Below, in pieces: positions 19,177 to 29,425 of a DNA stretch of 64,000 bases; position 1 is the first letter of the stretch; the number at the start of each line of letters is the position of its first letter. Source of the stretch: Candidatus Gastranaerophilales bacterium (GTDB lineage Bacteria; Cyanobacteriota; Vampirovibrionia; Gastranaerophilales; Gastranaerophilaceae). Where the stretch lies: contig CALUSI010000010.1 of NCBI GenBank assembly GCA_944323395.1, forward strand, positions 9,359 through 73,358. The letters run 5' to 3'. A program made the position numbers and the translations under genes. The notes beneath the pieces are model-generated. The model saw nothing but the letters and a program-made list of their open reading frames with translations. It was not told the DNA's origin and ran no database searches.

Positions 19177-21141
19177 ATGGAAAATTTAACCGTAAAAAAA
19201 TATACTTTAAAAAAAATTTCTTCAGAAGTTATATATAAGGTAGATTATGAAAAGGAATTAAATCCACCTCAATTAGAAGCCGTTAAACAAAAAGAAGGTT
19301 CGGTTTTGGTTATCGCTGGTGCTGGCAGCGGTAAGACAAAAACCCTTACTTATCGTGTTGCAAGATTAATTGAAGATGGTATAAATCCAAAAAATATTTT
19401 ATTGTTAACTTTCACAAAAAAAGCGGCACGAGAAATGTTGTCTCGTGCTGCTATAGTTTTAGATTCTCGTTGTGAACAAGTTGCAGGCGGAACATTTCAC
19501 TCTTTTGCAAATGTTATTTTAAGGAAATATTCTTCATTATTAGAATTAAATAACAATTTTACAATCACCGACAGAGCCGACAGTGAAGATATTATAAATC
19601 ATATAAGGTCGAATATTATTGGAAAACAAGAAAAACGTTTCCCAAAAAAAGGAACTATTTTAGATATATATTCTAAGGCCGTTAATAAAAATATTCCATC
19701 AGAAGATATTATACTTTGTGAATATAAACAGTTTGAACACTGTATCGAAAAGATAAATGAAATTATATGTGAATATAATAACTATAAACATAAAAATTCG
19801 ATTTTGGATTATGATGACTTATTATTATATCTAAAGACTCTTCTTGAGTGTAACCCAGACGTAAGAAAAAAGTTATCAAATCAATATAAATATATAATGG
19901 TTGATGAATATCAGGATACCAATACTATTCAGGCACAAATTGTAAAGCTTTTGGCAAGCGAGCATAATAATGTTATGGCAGTTGGTGATGATTCTCAAAG
20001 TATATATTCATTTAGAGGTGCAAATTTTAAGAATATTCTTGAATTTCCTCAGTTATTTGATAATACAAAAATTATAAAATTGGAACAGAATTATAGGAGT
20101 TCTCAAAATATATTATCATTGGCAAATGAAATATTATTGAAGGCAAAAGAAAAGTATACAAAAACATTATTTTCAGATATTGTATCACCAATAAAACCAG
20201 CGTTAATCAGTGCAAATGATATGAAGATGGAAGCTGAGTTTATATCTCAAAGAGTGTTGGAATTGGTTGAAGAAGAAAATTTATCTTTAAATGATATTTG
20301 TGTTCTAGCCAGAAGTGCAAGAATGACATATAACTTAGAAATAGAGCTTGCAAAAAGAAATATTCCATACAAAAAGTTTGGTGGTATGAAATTTATTGAA
20401 GCTGCTCATATTAAAGATATAATTGCACATTTAAGAGTTATTTTAAATCCGTCAGATATTATAAGTTATACAAGAATTTTACTTTTACTTGATGGAATAG
20501 GTAATCAAAGTGCAAATAAACTATTGCCGATTTTAGTTAATGATAGTGAAATAAAAAATAAAAATCTTCCGGTAAAAAATCCTGAAGCTGTAATAAAACT
20601 TACCGATTTAATTAATAATAATCAAAAGGATATTTTTAATCCCAAAAAAGTTGTTCAAAATGTATTGAAATATTATGAAAATATTCTACGTGATAAATAT
20701 GATGACTATACCAAAAGAGAAAAGGATTTAGAACATTTTCTTGCTTTGAGTGAAAAATATACAAGTTTAGAAGATTTTCTAAGTGACTTGGCGTTAGAAC
20801 CGCCAGATACATCTGTTACTGATATTGATTCCGGAGTACAAAAAGATGAATTTTTGACGCTTTCTACTATACATAGTGCTAAAGGTCTTGAATATAAAGC
20901 TGTTTTTATTATAGGTGCTGTGGATGGACGTTTCCCTTCTTTATATTCATTTAATTCTCCTGATGATTTAGACGAAGAATTAAGACTTATGTATGTCGCT
21001 GTAACTAGAGCCAAAACTCACCTTGCAATAACATATCCGATAGATATGTTTGATTATTCAACAAATATGGTCCTTTCTAAACCATCCAGATTTTTAGACG
21101 GAATCAATCAAGATATATTAGAAAGATGGGTAATTGAATAA
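19177..21141 (+). CDS. UvrD/PcrA/Rep-family ATP-dependent DNA helicase
   Basis: Walker A AGAGSGKTKTLTYR, DEYQDTN, SFRGA, QNYRSS, TIHSAKGLEY and YVAVTRAK helicase motifs. Confidence 0.9.
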   Translation: MENLTVKKYTLKKISSEVIYKVDYEKELNPPQLEAVKQKEGSVLVIAGAGSGKTKTLTYRVARLIEDGINPKNILLLTFTKKAAREMLSRAAIVLDSRCEQVAGGTFHSFANVILRKYSSLLELNNNFTITDRADSEDIINHIRSNIIGKQEKRFPKKGTILDIYSKAVNKNIPSEDIILCEYKQFEHCIEKINEIICEYNNYKHKNSILDYDDLLLYLKTLLECNPDVRKKLSNQYKYIMVDEYQDTNTIQAQIVKLLASEHNNVMAVGDDSQSIYSFRGANFKNILEFPQLFDNTKIIKLEQNYRSSQNILSLANEILLKAKEKYTKTLFSDIVSPIKPALISANDMKMEAEFISQRVLELVEEENLSLNDICVLARSARMTYNLEIELAKRNIPYKKFGGMKFIEAAHIKDIIAHLRVILNPSDIISYTRILLLLDGIGNQSANKLLPILVNDSEIKNKNLPVKNPEAVIKLTDLINNNQKDIFNPKKVVQNVLKYYENILRDKYDDYTKREKDLEHFLALSEKYTSLEDFLSDLALEPPDTSVTDIDSGVQKDEFLTLSTIHSAKGLEYKAVFIIGAVDGRFPSLYSFNSPDDLDEELRLMYVAVTRAKTHLAITYPIDMFDYSTNMVLSKPSRFLDGINQDILERWVIE

Positions 21142-22347
21142 TTATTGTTCAAAAGAAGTAATCTTGTAACCTTTTGCAATTAATGCTTTTTGAATTTCTT
21201 CAAAATGTTGTGCATTTCTTGTTTCCATAGAAATTTTTAAGAAACAATCGTTTATATCGGTATTTTCTCCGCCTTGATTGTGTCTTACTCTAATAACGTT
21301 AGCACCATATTCCGCAATAATTGTTGATACTTCTCTTAATTGTCCGGGTTTATCAAGCAACTCAATTGTTAGATGGCATAGTCTTCCTTCTTTTAAAAGA
21401 CCTCTGTTGATAACCCTTGAAAGGATATTAACATCTATGTTTCCGCCTGAAACAATACAAGCAGTTTTTTTATTAGCTAAAGGAAGTTTGTTAAACATAG
21501 CAGCAGCTACACTTAAAGCTCCTGCTCCTTCTGCTACAAGTTTTTGCTTTTCCATAAGTGCAAGTATAGCAGAAGCAACTTCATCATCAGTAACTGTAAC
21601 AATATCGTCAACATATTTCATACAACATTCAAATGTTAATTCGCCAGGTTTTTTAACTGCAGTACCATCAGCAAAAGTATGAACTACAGGCAATTCAAGA
21701 ATCTTTTTGTTTATGTAGGATTGATACATACTTCCTGCACCTTGAGCTTGAACACCATATACTTTGCAGTTCGGTTTTAATTGTTTGATTGTATATGCAA
21801 TACCTGCAATTAATCCCCCACCTCCAATAGGAACTATAACTGCATCAATGTCTGGAAGTTGTTGTATAAGTTCAAGCGCAATAGTACCTTGTCCTGCTAT
21901 AACATCTTCATCATTAAACGGGTGAATGAATTCCCCGCCTGTTTCTTGTTGAAATTTACAAGCAGCATTGTAAGCATCATCATATACCCCGTCAATCAGT
22001 TTTATTTCTGCGCCGTATTTTCTTGTTGCTTCTACTTTTGAGATTGGAGCTGTAGCCGGAATAAAAATAGTTGCTTTAATATTATTTTTCTGAGCGGCTA
22101 ATGCAACACCTTGCGCGTGATTGCCAGCACTACAAGCAATAATGCCTTTTTGTTTTTGTTCTTCTGTTAATTTTGATATTTTATAATATGCACCCCTTAA
22201 TTTAAAAGAACCTGTAAGTTGTAAATTTTCAGATTTTAAATAAATTTCATGCCCCTCTAATAATGTTTTAGAAAGAATTAAATCTGTTTTTCTTGCCACT
22301 TCACTTAAAATTTTTGAAGCATCGTAAATTTTTGCAATGTTTAACAC
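21142..22347 (-). CDS. ilvA: threonine ammonia-lyase (short form with one ACT-like regulatory domain)
   Basis: PLP-lysine motif SFKLRGA, SAGNHAQG, the GGGGL loop, and a C-terminal ACT-like domain. Confidence 0.88.
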   Translation of the reverse strand: MLNIAKIYDASKILSEVARKTDLILSKTLLEGHEIYLKSENLQLTGSFKLRGAYYKISKLTEEQKQKGIIACSAGNHAQGVALAAQKNNIKATIFIPATAPISKVEATRKYGAEIKLIDGVYDDAYNAACKFQQETGGEFIHPFNDEDVIAGQGTIALELIQQLPDIDAVIVPIGGGGLIAGIAYTIKQLKPNCKVYGVQAQGAGSMYQSYINKKILELPVVHTFADGTAVKKPGELTFECCMKYVDDIVTVTDDEVASAILALMEKQKLVAEGAGALSVAAAMFNKLPLANKKTACIVSGGNIDVNILSRVINRGLLKEGRLCHLTIELLDKPGQLREVSTIIAEYGANVIRVRHNQGGENTDINDCFLKISMETRNAQHFEEIQKALIAKGYKITSFEQ

Positions 22348-22489
22348 GGCTATCCCCTCTTTTTTATTATTCTACACTAAAAAGCGATAAAGGATAATAT
22401 AATAATTTTATTTAACAATGTAACTTAACTTATATGTATTTGAAAATCTGATATAATATAATTTGTTTCTAGGTTAAAGGATATATTGA

Positions 22490-24373
22490 ATGAAAAAGAT
22501 TATTTTACTTTTTTTTGCATTTATTATTAATGCTGTCTTTTCGCTTTCTGCATTTGCTGAGAATTTTTATATAACGAGTTATGATGTAGATTTAACAGTA
22601 CATAAAAATAAAGATGTCGATGTTATAGAAAATATAGGTGTATATTTTACCAGGCCATCTCATGGAATTTATAGAAATATTCCAACAAAAGTTAATTTAC
22701 ATTATGGAGATGGCGGTAGAAGCTTTTTGAACGCAAGAATATCAAATGTTCAAATTAATGAGCCTTTTTCAGTTCAGAAAGATATTTCCTCTACTGTATT
22801 TAAGATTGGAGATGCTTCAAAATTAGTATCAGGTCCAAAACATTACCAAATAAAGTATAAATATTCGATGGGTAAAGATTTATTAAAAGCAGGTGATGAT
22901 TTTTATTTCAATATTATTGGTACGAAATGGGACACAACTATTGATAATATAAAATTCAAAATTACCATGCCTTTACCATATTCAAATTTGCGAAATACAA
23001 CGGGTTTTTCCATTGGTGGACTTGATTCATCCGGATATAATATTAAAGATTTAAATTATTTTATAGAAAATAATAAAATAATAACAGGCAGAGTTAATAG
23101 AGTTTTAGAACCTTTAGAAGGACTAACAGTACGTATTTTACTTCCAAATAACTATTTTGTGCCTGATGTAAAGTTTTTGGATAAAGATTTTATATATGTA
23201 TTAGTATCGGTTCTTACTTTAATTGCTTTCATTATGTGGTTTATTTTTGGACGAGATGAAAAAGTTATACCGGTGGTTAATTTTTATCCGCCAAAGAATA
23301 GAAATAGTGCCGAAGTTGGTGTTGAATATAAAGGAGTTGCTTCACAGAAAGAAATAGTATCTTTAATTATGTATTTGGCAAATAAAGGGTATTTGGAAAT
23401 CGAAGATGATGGGGTTAGTTATAGTCTGCATAAACTTAAAGATTACGATGGAAAAAATTCCTGTGAGAGAAGATTGATGTCTGTTTTATTCAAAACTTCT
23501 GATATTGTTACAGCAGAAGATTTGCAGTTTTCAAGAAGTTTCTATCGTAACTGTGAATCTATAATTGCATCTTTGAATAATATTAGAAAATTTATTTTTG
23601 ATAAGAATGCAAACAGTCCTGAAAAAATGGTTCTTCTTTTCATATGTATATTGGGAATATTACTAAGTATACTATATGTCTTAGGTGATTATTCATTTTC
23701 ATTGTTCTTTTCACCAGAAGCGTTTCTATTATTATTTCCTATAGTTGGAGCACTTGTTGTCTTTTCTGTTGTATACGGAATGATGAAATCTAATGAGTCC
23801 GGTGCAGCCAAAATTTCAAAAGGAATTTTTATTACCATTTGGGGCAGTATGTTTATGGGTATTCCTACTTTAATAATTTTAACAAAAGTATATAATTCCG
23901 TAATTGAAAATATTCCAATTTTGGTATATTCTTTCATTTGCATTATTGTTTCGATTTTTTGTTTGATTAACATGCCAAAAAGAAATAAACAAGGTAGAAT
24001 GCTTTTAGGTCATATTGAAGGCTTTAAAAAGTTTTTAGAGGTTGCTGAAAAAAGAAGATTAGAATCTTTAATTGCAGAAAATAGAAATTATGCATCAGAT
24101 ATACTTCCATTTGCTTATGTTCTTGATATATCTGATAAAATCTTGCCAGTGTTAGAAAGTTTATCATTATATACACAGCCAAATTGGTATAAAGGAAAAA
24201 TGTCAGGTAGAACATTTTATACGTTCGTTTCTACGATGGAAAAAGCAACGGCACCATCTGTTGAAAATGGTGGTATAAGTCGTTCTTCTGGTTCAGGTGG
24301 AGGTGGTAGAGGATTTAGTGGTGGCGGTTTCTCGGGAAGAGGAGGCGGCGGAGGGGGCGGTGGCTCTTGGTAG
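22490..24373 (+). CDS. DUF2207-family membrane protein with Gly-rich C-terminal tail
   Basis: Signal peptide, extracellular N-domain, several TM helices, and a terminal GSGGGGRGFSGGGFSGRGGGGGGGGSW tail typical of this family. Confidence 0.75.
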   Translation: MKKIILLFFAFIINAVFSLSAFAENFYITSYDVDLTVHKNKDVDVIENIGVYFTRPSHGIYRNIPTKVNLHYGDGGRSFLNARISNVQINEPFSVQKDISSTVFKIGDASKLVSGPKHYQIKYKYSMGKDLLKAGDDFYFNIIGTKWDTTIDNIKFKITMPLPYSNLRNTTGFSIGGLDSSGYNIKDLNYFIENNKIITGRVNRVLEPLEGLTVRILLPNNYFVPDVKFLDKDFIYVLVSVLTLIAFIMWFIFGRDEKVIPVVNFYPPKNRNSAEVGVEYKGVASQKEIVSLIMYLANKGYLEIEDDGVSYSLHKLKDYDGKNSCERRLMSVLFKTSDIVTAEDLQFSRSFYRNCESIIASLNNIRKFIFDKNANSPEKMVLLFICILGILLSILYVLGDYSFSLFFSPEAFLLLFPIVGALVVFSVVYGMMKSNESGAAKISKGIFITIWGSMFMGIPTLIILTKVYNSVIENIPILVYSFICIIVSIFCLINMPKRNKQGRMLLGHIEGFKKFLEVAEKRRLESLIAENRNYASDILPFAYVLDISDKILPVLESLSLYTQPNWYKGKMSGRTFYTFVSTMEKATAPSVENGGISRSSGSGGGGRGFSGGGFSGRGGGGGGGGSW

Positions 24374-24380
24374 ATTAAAA

Positions 24381-24407
24381 AGACACCTTTTGGGGTGTCT
24401 TTTTTTC
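24381..24407 (+). terminator. rho-independent terminator after the DUF2207 gene
   Basis: AGACACC-ttttgg-GGTGTCT hairpin followed by a T7 run. Confidence 0.8.
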
Positions 24408-24432
24408 TAAAATTTATGTTAATATGTAAAGT

Positions 24433-24900
24433 ATGAATAATGAACCTCATATTCCTTATACAAATTCAATTGTTTTTGCGGCTGAGTATATTAGCCGTGC
24501 AAGTAAAGAGTATGTTAGAAAAATAATTAAGGATTATGGTTTCCCTATTGGATATGAAGAACATATTATATTAGATACAGTGTTTTTTACTCCTGGGTGT
24601 ATACAAATGGAAATTGCCAAAAAAGTTTGTATGCAGCGTTCTTACTTGTGCAAAATTTTAACAAAATTAGAAGAAGATGGTTTGATAAAAAGAGAAAAGA
24701 AAATTAAAGCTAAAAGACAAATAGTTATGTCTGTTTATATTACTCCAAAAGGCGAAGAACTATATAAAAGAATGCATTCTGTATTTAAAAAAGAAATTTT
24801 AAATAAACAAATTGTTGATACAGAAAAAATTAGAGAAATAACCCTTGAGCTTTTTAAAATGGGTGATAACCTTGTTAATACCTTCAATTTGAAGCTTTGA
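24433..24900 (+). CDS. MarR-family transcriptional regulator
   Basis: Winged-helix region (MEIAKKVCMQRSYLCKILTKLEEDGLIKREK) and a size of 155 aa. Confidence 0.8.
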   Translation: MNNEPHIPYTNSIVFAAEYISRASKEYVRKIIKDYGFPIGYEEHIILDTVFFTPGCIQMEIAKKVCMQRSYLCKILTKLEEDGLIKREKKIKAKRQIVMSVYITPKGEELYKRMHSVFKKEILNKQIVDTEKIREITLELFKMGDNLVNTFNLKL

Positions 24901-24901
24901 C

Positions 24902-24930
24902 TTGACAAATAAATTTTTTTAAATTAAACT
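24902..24930 (+). promoter_or_regulatory. candidate sigma70-type promoter (TTGACA-17 nt-TAAACT)
   Basis: Consensus -35 TTGACA at 24902-24907, a 17-nt spacer, and TAAACT at 24925-24930. Lies directly after the marR stop. Confidence 0.35.
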
Positions 24931-24946
24931 TGTTGAATATTCAACA
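24931..24946. promoter_or_regulatory. perfect 16-bp palindrome TGTTGAATATTCAACA (candidate MarR-type operator)
   Basis: Read directly from the sequence. Overlaps the predicted +1 of the candidate promoter. Confidence 0.35.
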
Positions 24947-25016
24947 GTTGAAAAATAAACATTGTATAAATGCAACTCTCAATTATATCTCTTAACTTAA
25001 ATATGACCATACTTTT

Positions 25017-25039
25017 GAAGCTAGAAATAGCTTCTTTTT
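25017..25039 (+). terminator. rho-independent terminator-like hairpin
   Basis: GAAGCTA-gaaa-TAGCTTC followed by TTTTTATTTT. Confidence 0.6.
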
Positions 25040-25144
25040 ATTTTAGTTTCTAAATTATATATATCTATTGTAATTTTTGTAATTTCAAAAAAAATAATGT
25101 TTAAAACTTTTTATAAAAAAATTTTTTGAGTTATTATAAATATT

Positions 25145-25486
25145 ATGTATAGACAATTTTTACCAATAATACTTTTAATAATATCAAATGTATTTATGAC
25201 TTTTGCTTGGTATGGGCATTTAAAGTTTAAAGGTACTGCATTGTGGATTGTGATTCTTGTTAGCTGGGGTATCGCTTTTTTAGAGTATTGTTTTCAAGTC
25301 CCTGCAAATAGAATCGGGCATGAGTTTTATTCTGCAGCCCAGTTAAAAACAATACAAGAAGTTATTACATTGATTGTGTTTAGTATTTTTTCAATTCTAT
25401 ATTTGAAAGAAGAATTTAGGTGGAACTATTTAGTTGGTTTTGCTTTTATAATTTTGGCTGTGTTCTTTATTTTTAAGAAGTGGTAA
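25145..25486 (+). CDS. small DMT-superfamily membrane protein (DUF486-like)
   Basis: 113 aa with four hydrophobic helices. The motif NVFMTFAWYGHLKF is characteristic of this family. Confidence 0.7.
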   Translation: MYRQFLPIILLIISNVFMTFAWYGHLKFKGTALWIVILVSWGIAFLEYCFQVPANRIGHEFYSAAQLKTIQEVITLIVFSIFSILYLKEEFRWNYLVGFAFIILAVFFIFKKW

Positions 25487-25514
25487 TAAATCAACTGTTT
25501 AACAGATTGCTGTT

Positions 25515-28076
25515 GTGGAATTATATTGTAATATGATAGGTATGGATTATAATTTCATAAAAGATATATATAAGACAGTTATAGACGGGCTAAAAGCCGA
25601 TAATTCTATTTTGGAAAGTTTTATTTCAGATAGAGAAAACAGCTTTATTTTAAAGCATAATATTGTTGCGCTTTCTCAGATTTTAAAATTTCTAAATTCT
25701 TCTGATAATATTTTTATACTTAATGGATTTATGGGGTCTGGTAAAACATATGTTGTTGACTGTTTGCTTGATTTTGTTGATGAAGATGTTTTAATATTCA
25801 GAAATTCATATCAAGAAGCTATAAATCTTGATGATGTTTTACTTTCTGTGTTTAGGGATTTTTCTATATATCATAATGAAAAAAAGATTATACTCCCAAA
25901 AATTGAATCTAATATTTTTTCAGAAAAAATAAATGCTTATGTAAAATACAGCAATGCTCCTATGCTTTTTGTGTTTGATTCTTTTGAAATAAATATGAGA
26001 AGTAAGGACACACAAAAAGATATTTTAGGTTTTATAAATTATCTTTCTCACTTTGCGAAGGTTAAAATTATTATTTGTTCACGATCTTTCAAACAGAATG
26101 ATTTAATATCTTCTGATTCTTCTGTTAGTTGTTCATTAACTTCCTTATCTAATGACGAAATGTATTTATATTTAGAAGAAAATAATATAAATGGAAATAA
26201 ATATGAATGTGAAGAACTTTATAAGGTTACAAGAGGTCATTATTTGTTATTAGAACTTTCTGTTTTAATAATGCAGATCTTAGATATTTCATTAACTATA
26301 TTTCTCTCAGAATATAAGAAATCATCAAAAAATTATTTGGAATTTTTAATATCAAAGATTTTATATATTTCATCTGATAAATTTTTAAAATTACTTTTAT
26401 TTTTAGCGGTAATAAGACATGGTGTTGATATTGATTTTCTTATTAATCAGAAACTTTCCTCTGTAGAAGATATAGATTTCTTAATTCAAAAACATGTTAT
26501 TTCCAAAAAATTAGGTAAATACTATTTAAAAGACTATGTGAAATCGGAATTTATAAAAACTATAAATACAAGAACAAAAATAAAAGTTCATAAATATCTT
26601 CTTGATATATATGAAGCAGAATTGCCGTTAAAACCTTTTGAACGTGAATTATTTTTATCGCGTATAACAATGAGACAGGAAATTGCATTCCATACAAAAA
26701 GTATAGAAAACTTAGAAGAAGAACTGGAAAAATCAGGAAAGCCAAAGTTAGCAGAAACGCAAGGTCTGACTTATTTAAGTTATGTTAGAACAAGTGGATA
26801 TGAACAGAGTAATGGAAATAAGCCATCTTCTGCAAAACGCTATATAAAAAATATAAAACCAAGAAACGATAAAAATAGAAGATTTGAACTTTCTAATGAA
26901 GATTCATTGCTTTTAAATGCTTCAAAACCGGTTGATATTATTGAAAAAAATTTTGAAGATATTTCAAATATTCAAATTAATAAAGATAATGAAGATATAA
27001 AGCCAAACGAATTTAATGATGTTCCAGATTGTTTAGATGATTATATTGAAATTGCCCAAACATATGAGGATGCTTATAATTTTTCGTCTGCAATAATGTA
27101 TTACAAAAAAGCTCTTACTTATACAGATGATGAAATGTTTTCTGTAAAAGAACCTATTATATATACTAAATTAGCAATATGTTATAAAAGAATTCAAGAT
27201 ATTGATGAAGCAATAAAACTTTATGAAAAAGTTTATCAGTTATATGTTGAAAATTATCCGGATAAAGCAAATGAAATTCTTTTAAGTATTGCCCAAATTT
27301 ATTCGGAAGTTTATAAATTTGATAAAGCGAAAGATGTATATAAAAGAATTTTATACTCCTCAACTGGTGTTTCAAATGATATGGTGGTAAGAGTATACTT
27401 GGATTTATCAGAACTGGAAGATAACAATTCTGATATAGAATCTGCTGTAAAATATGCCCAAAAGGCTTTATCTATGGCAGAGAAAATGAATGATACTTCA
27501 TTGTTATGTGAATGCTATTTTAAGTATGCATTATTACTTGATGATACTAATAACACAGATTTAGCATTGAAATATTATTTAAGATGTGTACAAACATCCG
27601 CTGATGTTGAAGTTAATTTGTATCTTGCATCTGCATATTCTAATTTAGCTGAAATTTCAACAGATAGTAAAAATTTATCTGCCGCAAAAATGTATTATGA
27701 ACTATCTATAGATGCGGATAAGAAACAAAATAATTTTGAAGGGCTTTATTATTCTTACTCTAAATTAGCAGAAATATATAAAAATGAAAATACCGAAAAA
27801 ATGTATGAATATTTGATTAATGCTTTATCTGCTGCTAAAAAACTTGATGATATAACATATTCGGTATCTGTATACATTGAAATTGCTGATTACTATTTTG
27901 ATACGGATGATTATAAACAGTCTTTAAAATCTTATATCTTGGCGCAATCTTTGCTTCCTCAGCACGGGGCTGAAGATATATATTCTAAAATAAATGCTAA
28001 AATAAATAAAATAAAGCTTAAAGTAGGCGAATCAGAATTTTATATATTGATGGATGAAATAAAAAAGAAAAAATAA
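25515..28076 (+). CDS. P-loop NTPase fused to C-terminal TPR array (STAND-like)
   Basis: Walker A LNGFMGSGKTY, a Walker-B-like LFVFDSFE, and roughly 300 aa of TPR-like repeats at the C-terminus. Start uncertain (GTG 25515 or ATG 25533/25542). Confidence 0.65.
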   Translation: MELYCNMIGMDYNFIKDIYKTVIDGLKADNSILESFISDRENSFILKHNIVALSQILKFLNSSDNIFILNGFMGSGKTYVVDCLLDFVDEDVLIFRNSYQEAINLDDVLLSVFRDFSIYHNEKKIILPKIESNIFSEKINAYVKYSNAPMLFVFDSFEINMRSKDTQKDILGFINYLSHFAKVKIIICSRSFKQNDLISSDSSVSCSLTSLSNDEMYLYLEENNINGNKYECEELYKVTRGHYLLLELSVLIMQILDISLTIFLSEYKKSSKNYLEFLISKILYISSDKFLKLLLFLAVIRHGVDIDFLINQKLSSVEDIDFLIQKHVISKKLGKYYLKDYVKSEFIKTINTRTKIKVHKYLLDIYEAELPLKPFERELFLSRITMRQEIAFHTKSIENLEEELEKSGKPKLAETQGLTYLSYVRTSGYEQSNGNKPSSAKRYIKNIKPRNDKNRRFELSNEDSLLLNASKPVDIIEKNFEDISNIQINKDNEDIKPNEFNDVPDCLDDYIEIAQTYEDAYNFSSAIMYYKKALTYTDDEMFSVKEPIIYTKLAICYKRIQDIDEAIKLYEKVYQLYVENYPDKANEILLSIAQIYSEVYKFDKAKDVYKRILYSSTGVSNDMVVRVYLDLSELEDNNSDIESAVKYAQKALSMAEKMNDTSLLCECYFKYALLLDDTNNTDLALKYYLRCVQTSADVEVNLYLASAYSNLAEISTDSKNLSAAKMYYELSIDADKKQNNFEGLYYSYSKLAEIYKNENTEKMYEYLINALSAAKKLDDITYSVSVYIEIADYYFDTDDYKQSLKSYILAQSLLPQHGAEDIYSKINAKINKIKLKVGESEFYILMDEIKKKK

Positions 28077-28780
28077 TGTACAATAAACTTCAACAATTAG
28101 GAATAAATATTGATGAAAAACAGAAAATATTATTTTCTTCTTTTTCTGATTTGTTTATTGAATATAATTCAAAGGTTAATTTGATAAGTAAGAATGATAT
28201 CAATTTTTTATTTCAAAAACATATATATGATAGTCTTGCATTTAATTTATTTTATAAAAAATATATTTGTGAAAAATTCATAAAAGTAATGGATATAGGA
28301 ACAGGTGGCGGATTTCCATCTATTCCTATTTCATTGTTATATGAAAATATTGAAGTAACAGCATTAGATTCAATAAATAAAAAAATTAATTTTATAAAAA
28401 CAGCTGCAGATAAATTAAATATAAAAAATATAAATCCGATATGTTCAAGAGCCGAAGAGTTACCTGTATCGATGAAAAATTCTTTTGATGTTATTGTTTC
28501 AAGAGCAATGGCTGATTTGAGAATTATTTTAGAATATGCTATTCCTTACTTGAAAACAGGCGGTTTCTTTGTCGCTTATAAGTCTCAAAAAGCAGAAGAA
28601 GAAATTTGTAATGCGAAAAATGCTTTGTTAAAGCTTAATTCTGTTGTTATTGACAGGTTAGAATATTCTCTTCCGATTGACGAGGAAAATAAACGAGTTC
28701 TGCTTGTTATAAAAAAAGAAAAAGATATTTCTTCTATTTATCCGCGAAAAAACGGGCAAATTAAAAAGAATCCGTTATAG
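28076..28780 (+). CDS. rsmG: 16S rRNA (guanine527-N7)-methyltransferase
   Basis: SAM motif MDIGTGGGFPSIPISL and VVSRA. Size and N-terminal helix are typical of GidB/RsmG. Confidence 0.88.
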   Translation: MYNKLQQLGINIDEKQKILFSSFSDLFIEYNSKVNLISKNDINFLFQKHIYDSLAFNLFYKKYICEKFIKVMDIGTGGGFPSIPISLLYENIEVTALDSINKKINFIKTAADKLNIKNINPICSRAEELPVSMKNSFDVIVSRAMADLRIILEYAIPYLKTGGFFVAYKSQKAEEEICNAKNALLKLNSVVIDRLEYSLPIDEENKRVLLVIKKEKDISSIYPRKNGQIKKNPL

Positions 28781-29423
28781 GTTTAAATGCTTCTAAAATA
28801 TTCTTATTATCTATTTCTTTTATAGTACCTATTATATTTATATCTGTGTATCTTTTTAGTTCGTCAATGAAATTTTTTGTTGCTAAATCTTCAGTTTTGT
28901 TTGGAATTTTATTTACAATAATACCTTTAATTGGTATGTTATTAGTTTTTGCATAATGTATAGTTAATAGTGTATGATTTAACCTTCCTAAAAATGGTAC
29001 TGTGACTACAATAATAGGTATGATTAATTCTTTTATCAAATCCGCACAAAGAAAATTATCTGTAGCAGGAGCTAATAGTCCACCTGCACCTTCAACAAAA
29101 GTTATATCATTTTCTTTTGAAAAAGATTTAAAATCTTCTTTGATTTTATCTATATCAATTCTAACGCCCGATAATCTTGCCGCTAACGCCGGAGAAACTT
29201 CTCCTTTCAACAGATAGGAACATTTTGTTTTTATATTCTGTGAAAGTTCTTTTATTGCTTCTAAGTCAGGAGCTAATAATCCTTTATCAGATTCTATCGC
29301 ACCTGATTGCAATGGTTTAAAAACACCTACCTTTTTACCGCAGTTTTCAAATGCTAATGCTAATCCTTTAGTAATAAAAGTTTTTCCTATATCTGTGTCA
29401 ATTCCGGTTATAAAATATTCCAT
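28761..29423 (-). CDS. bioD: dethiobiotin synthetase
   Basis: P-loop GIDTDIGKT, VEGAGG, and position immediately downstream of bioA. Confidence 0.88.
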   Translation of the reverse strand: MEYFITGIDTDIGKTFITKGLALAFENCGKKVGVFKPLQSGAIESDKGLLAPDLEAIKELSQNIKTKCSYLLKGEVSPALAARLSGVRIDIDKIKEDFKSFSKENDITFVEGAGGLLAPATDNFLCADLIKELIIPIIVVTVPFLGRLNHTLLTIHYAKTNNIPIKGIIVNKIPNKTEDLATKNFIDELKRYTDINIIGTIKEIDNKNILEAFKPITDSF

Positions 29424-29425
29424 TT

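Noticed and set aside
24217-24450. Minus-strand ORF with a striking poly-proline run (PPPPPPPPLPEKPPPLNPLPPPP).
   Set aside because: It is the reverse-complement image of the Gly-rich (GGN codon) tail of the DUF2207 protein, and it spans the terminator and intergenic region.
13466-28780. Convergent gene pairs with overlapping or abutting 3' ends: ykgJ-like/trmFO overlap 8 nt at 13466-13473, helicase/ilvA abut at 21141/21142, rsmG/bioD overlap 20 nt at 28761-28780.
   Set aside because: These are real but reflect general genome compaction. No structure or repeat is associated with them, so they are not treated as a specific system.
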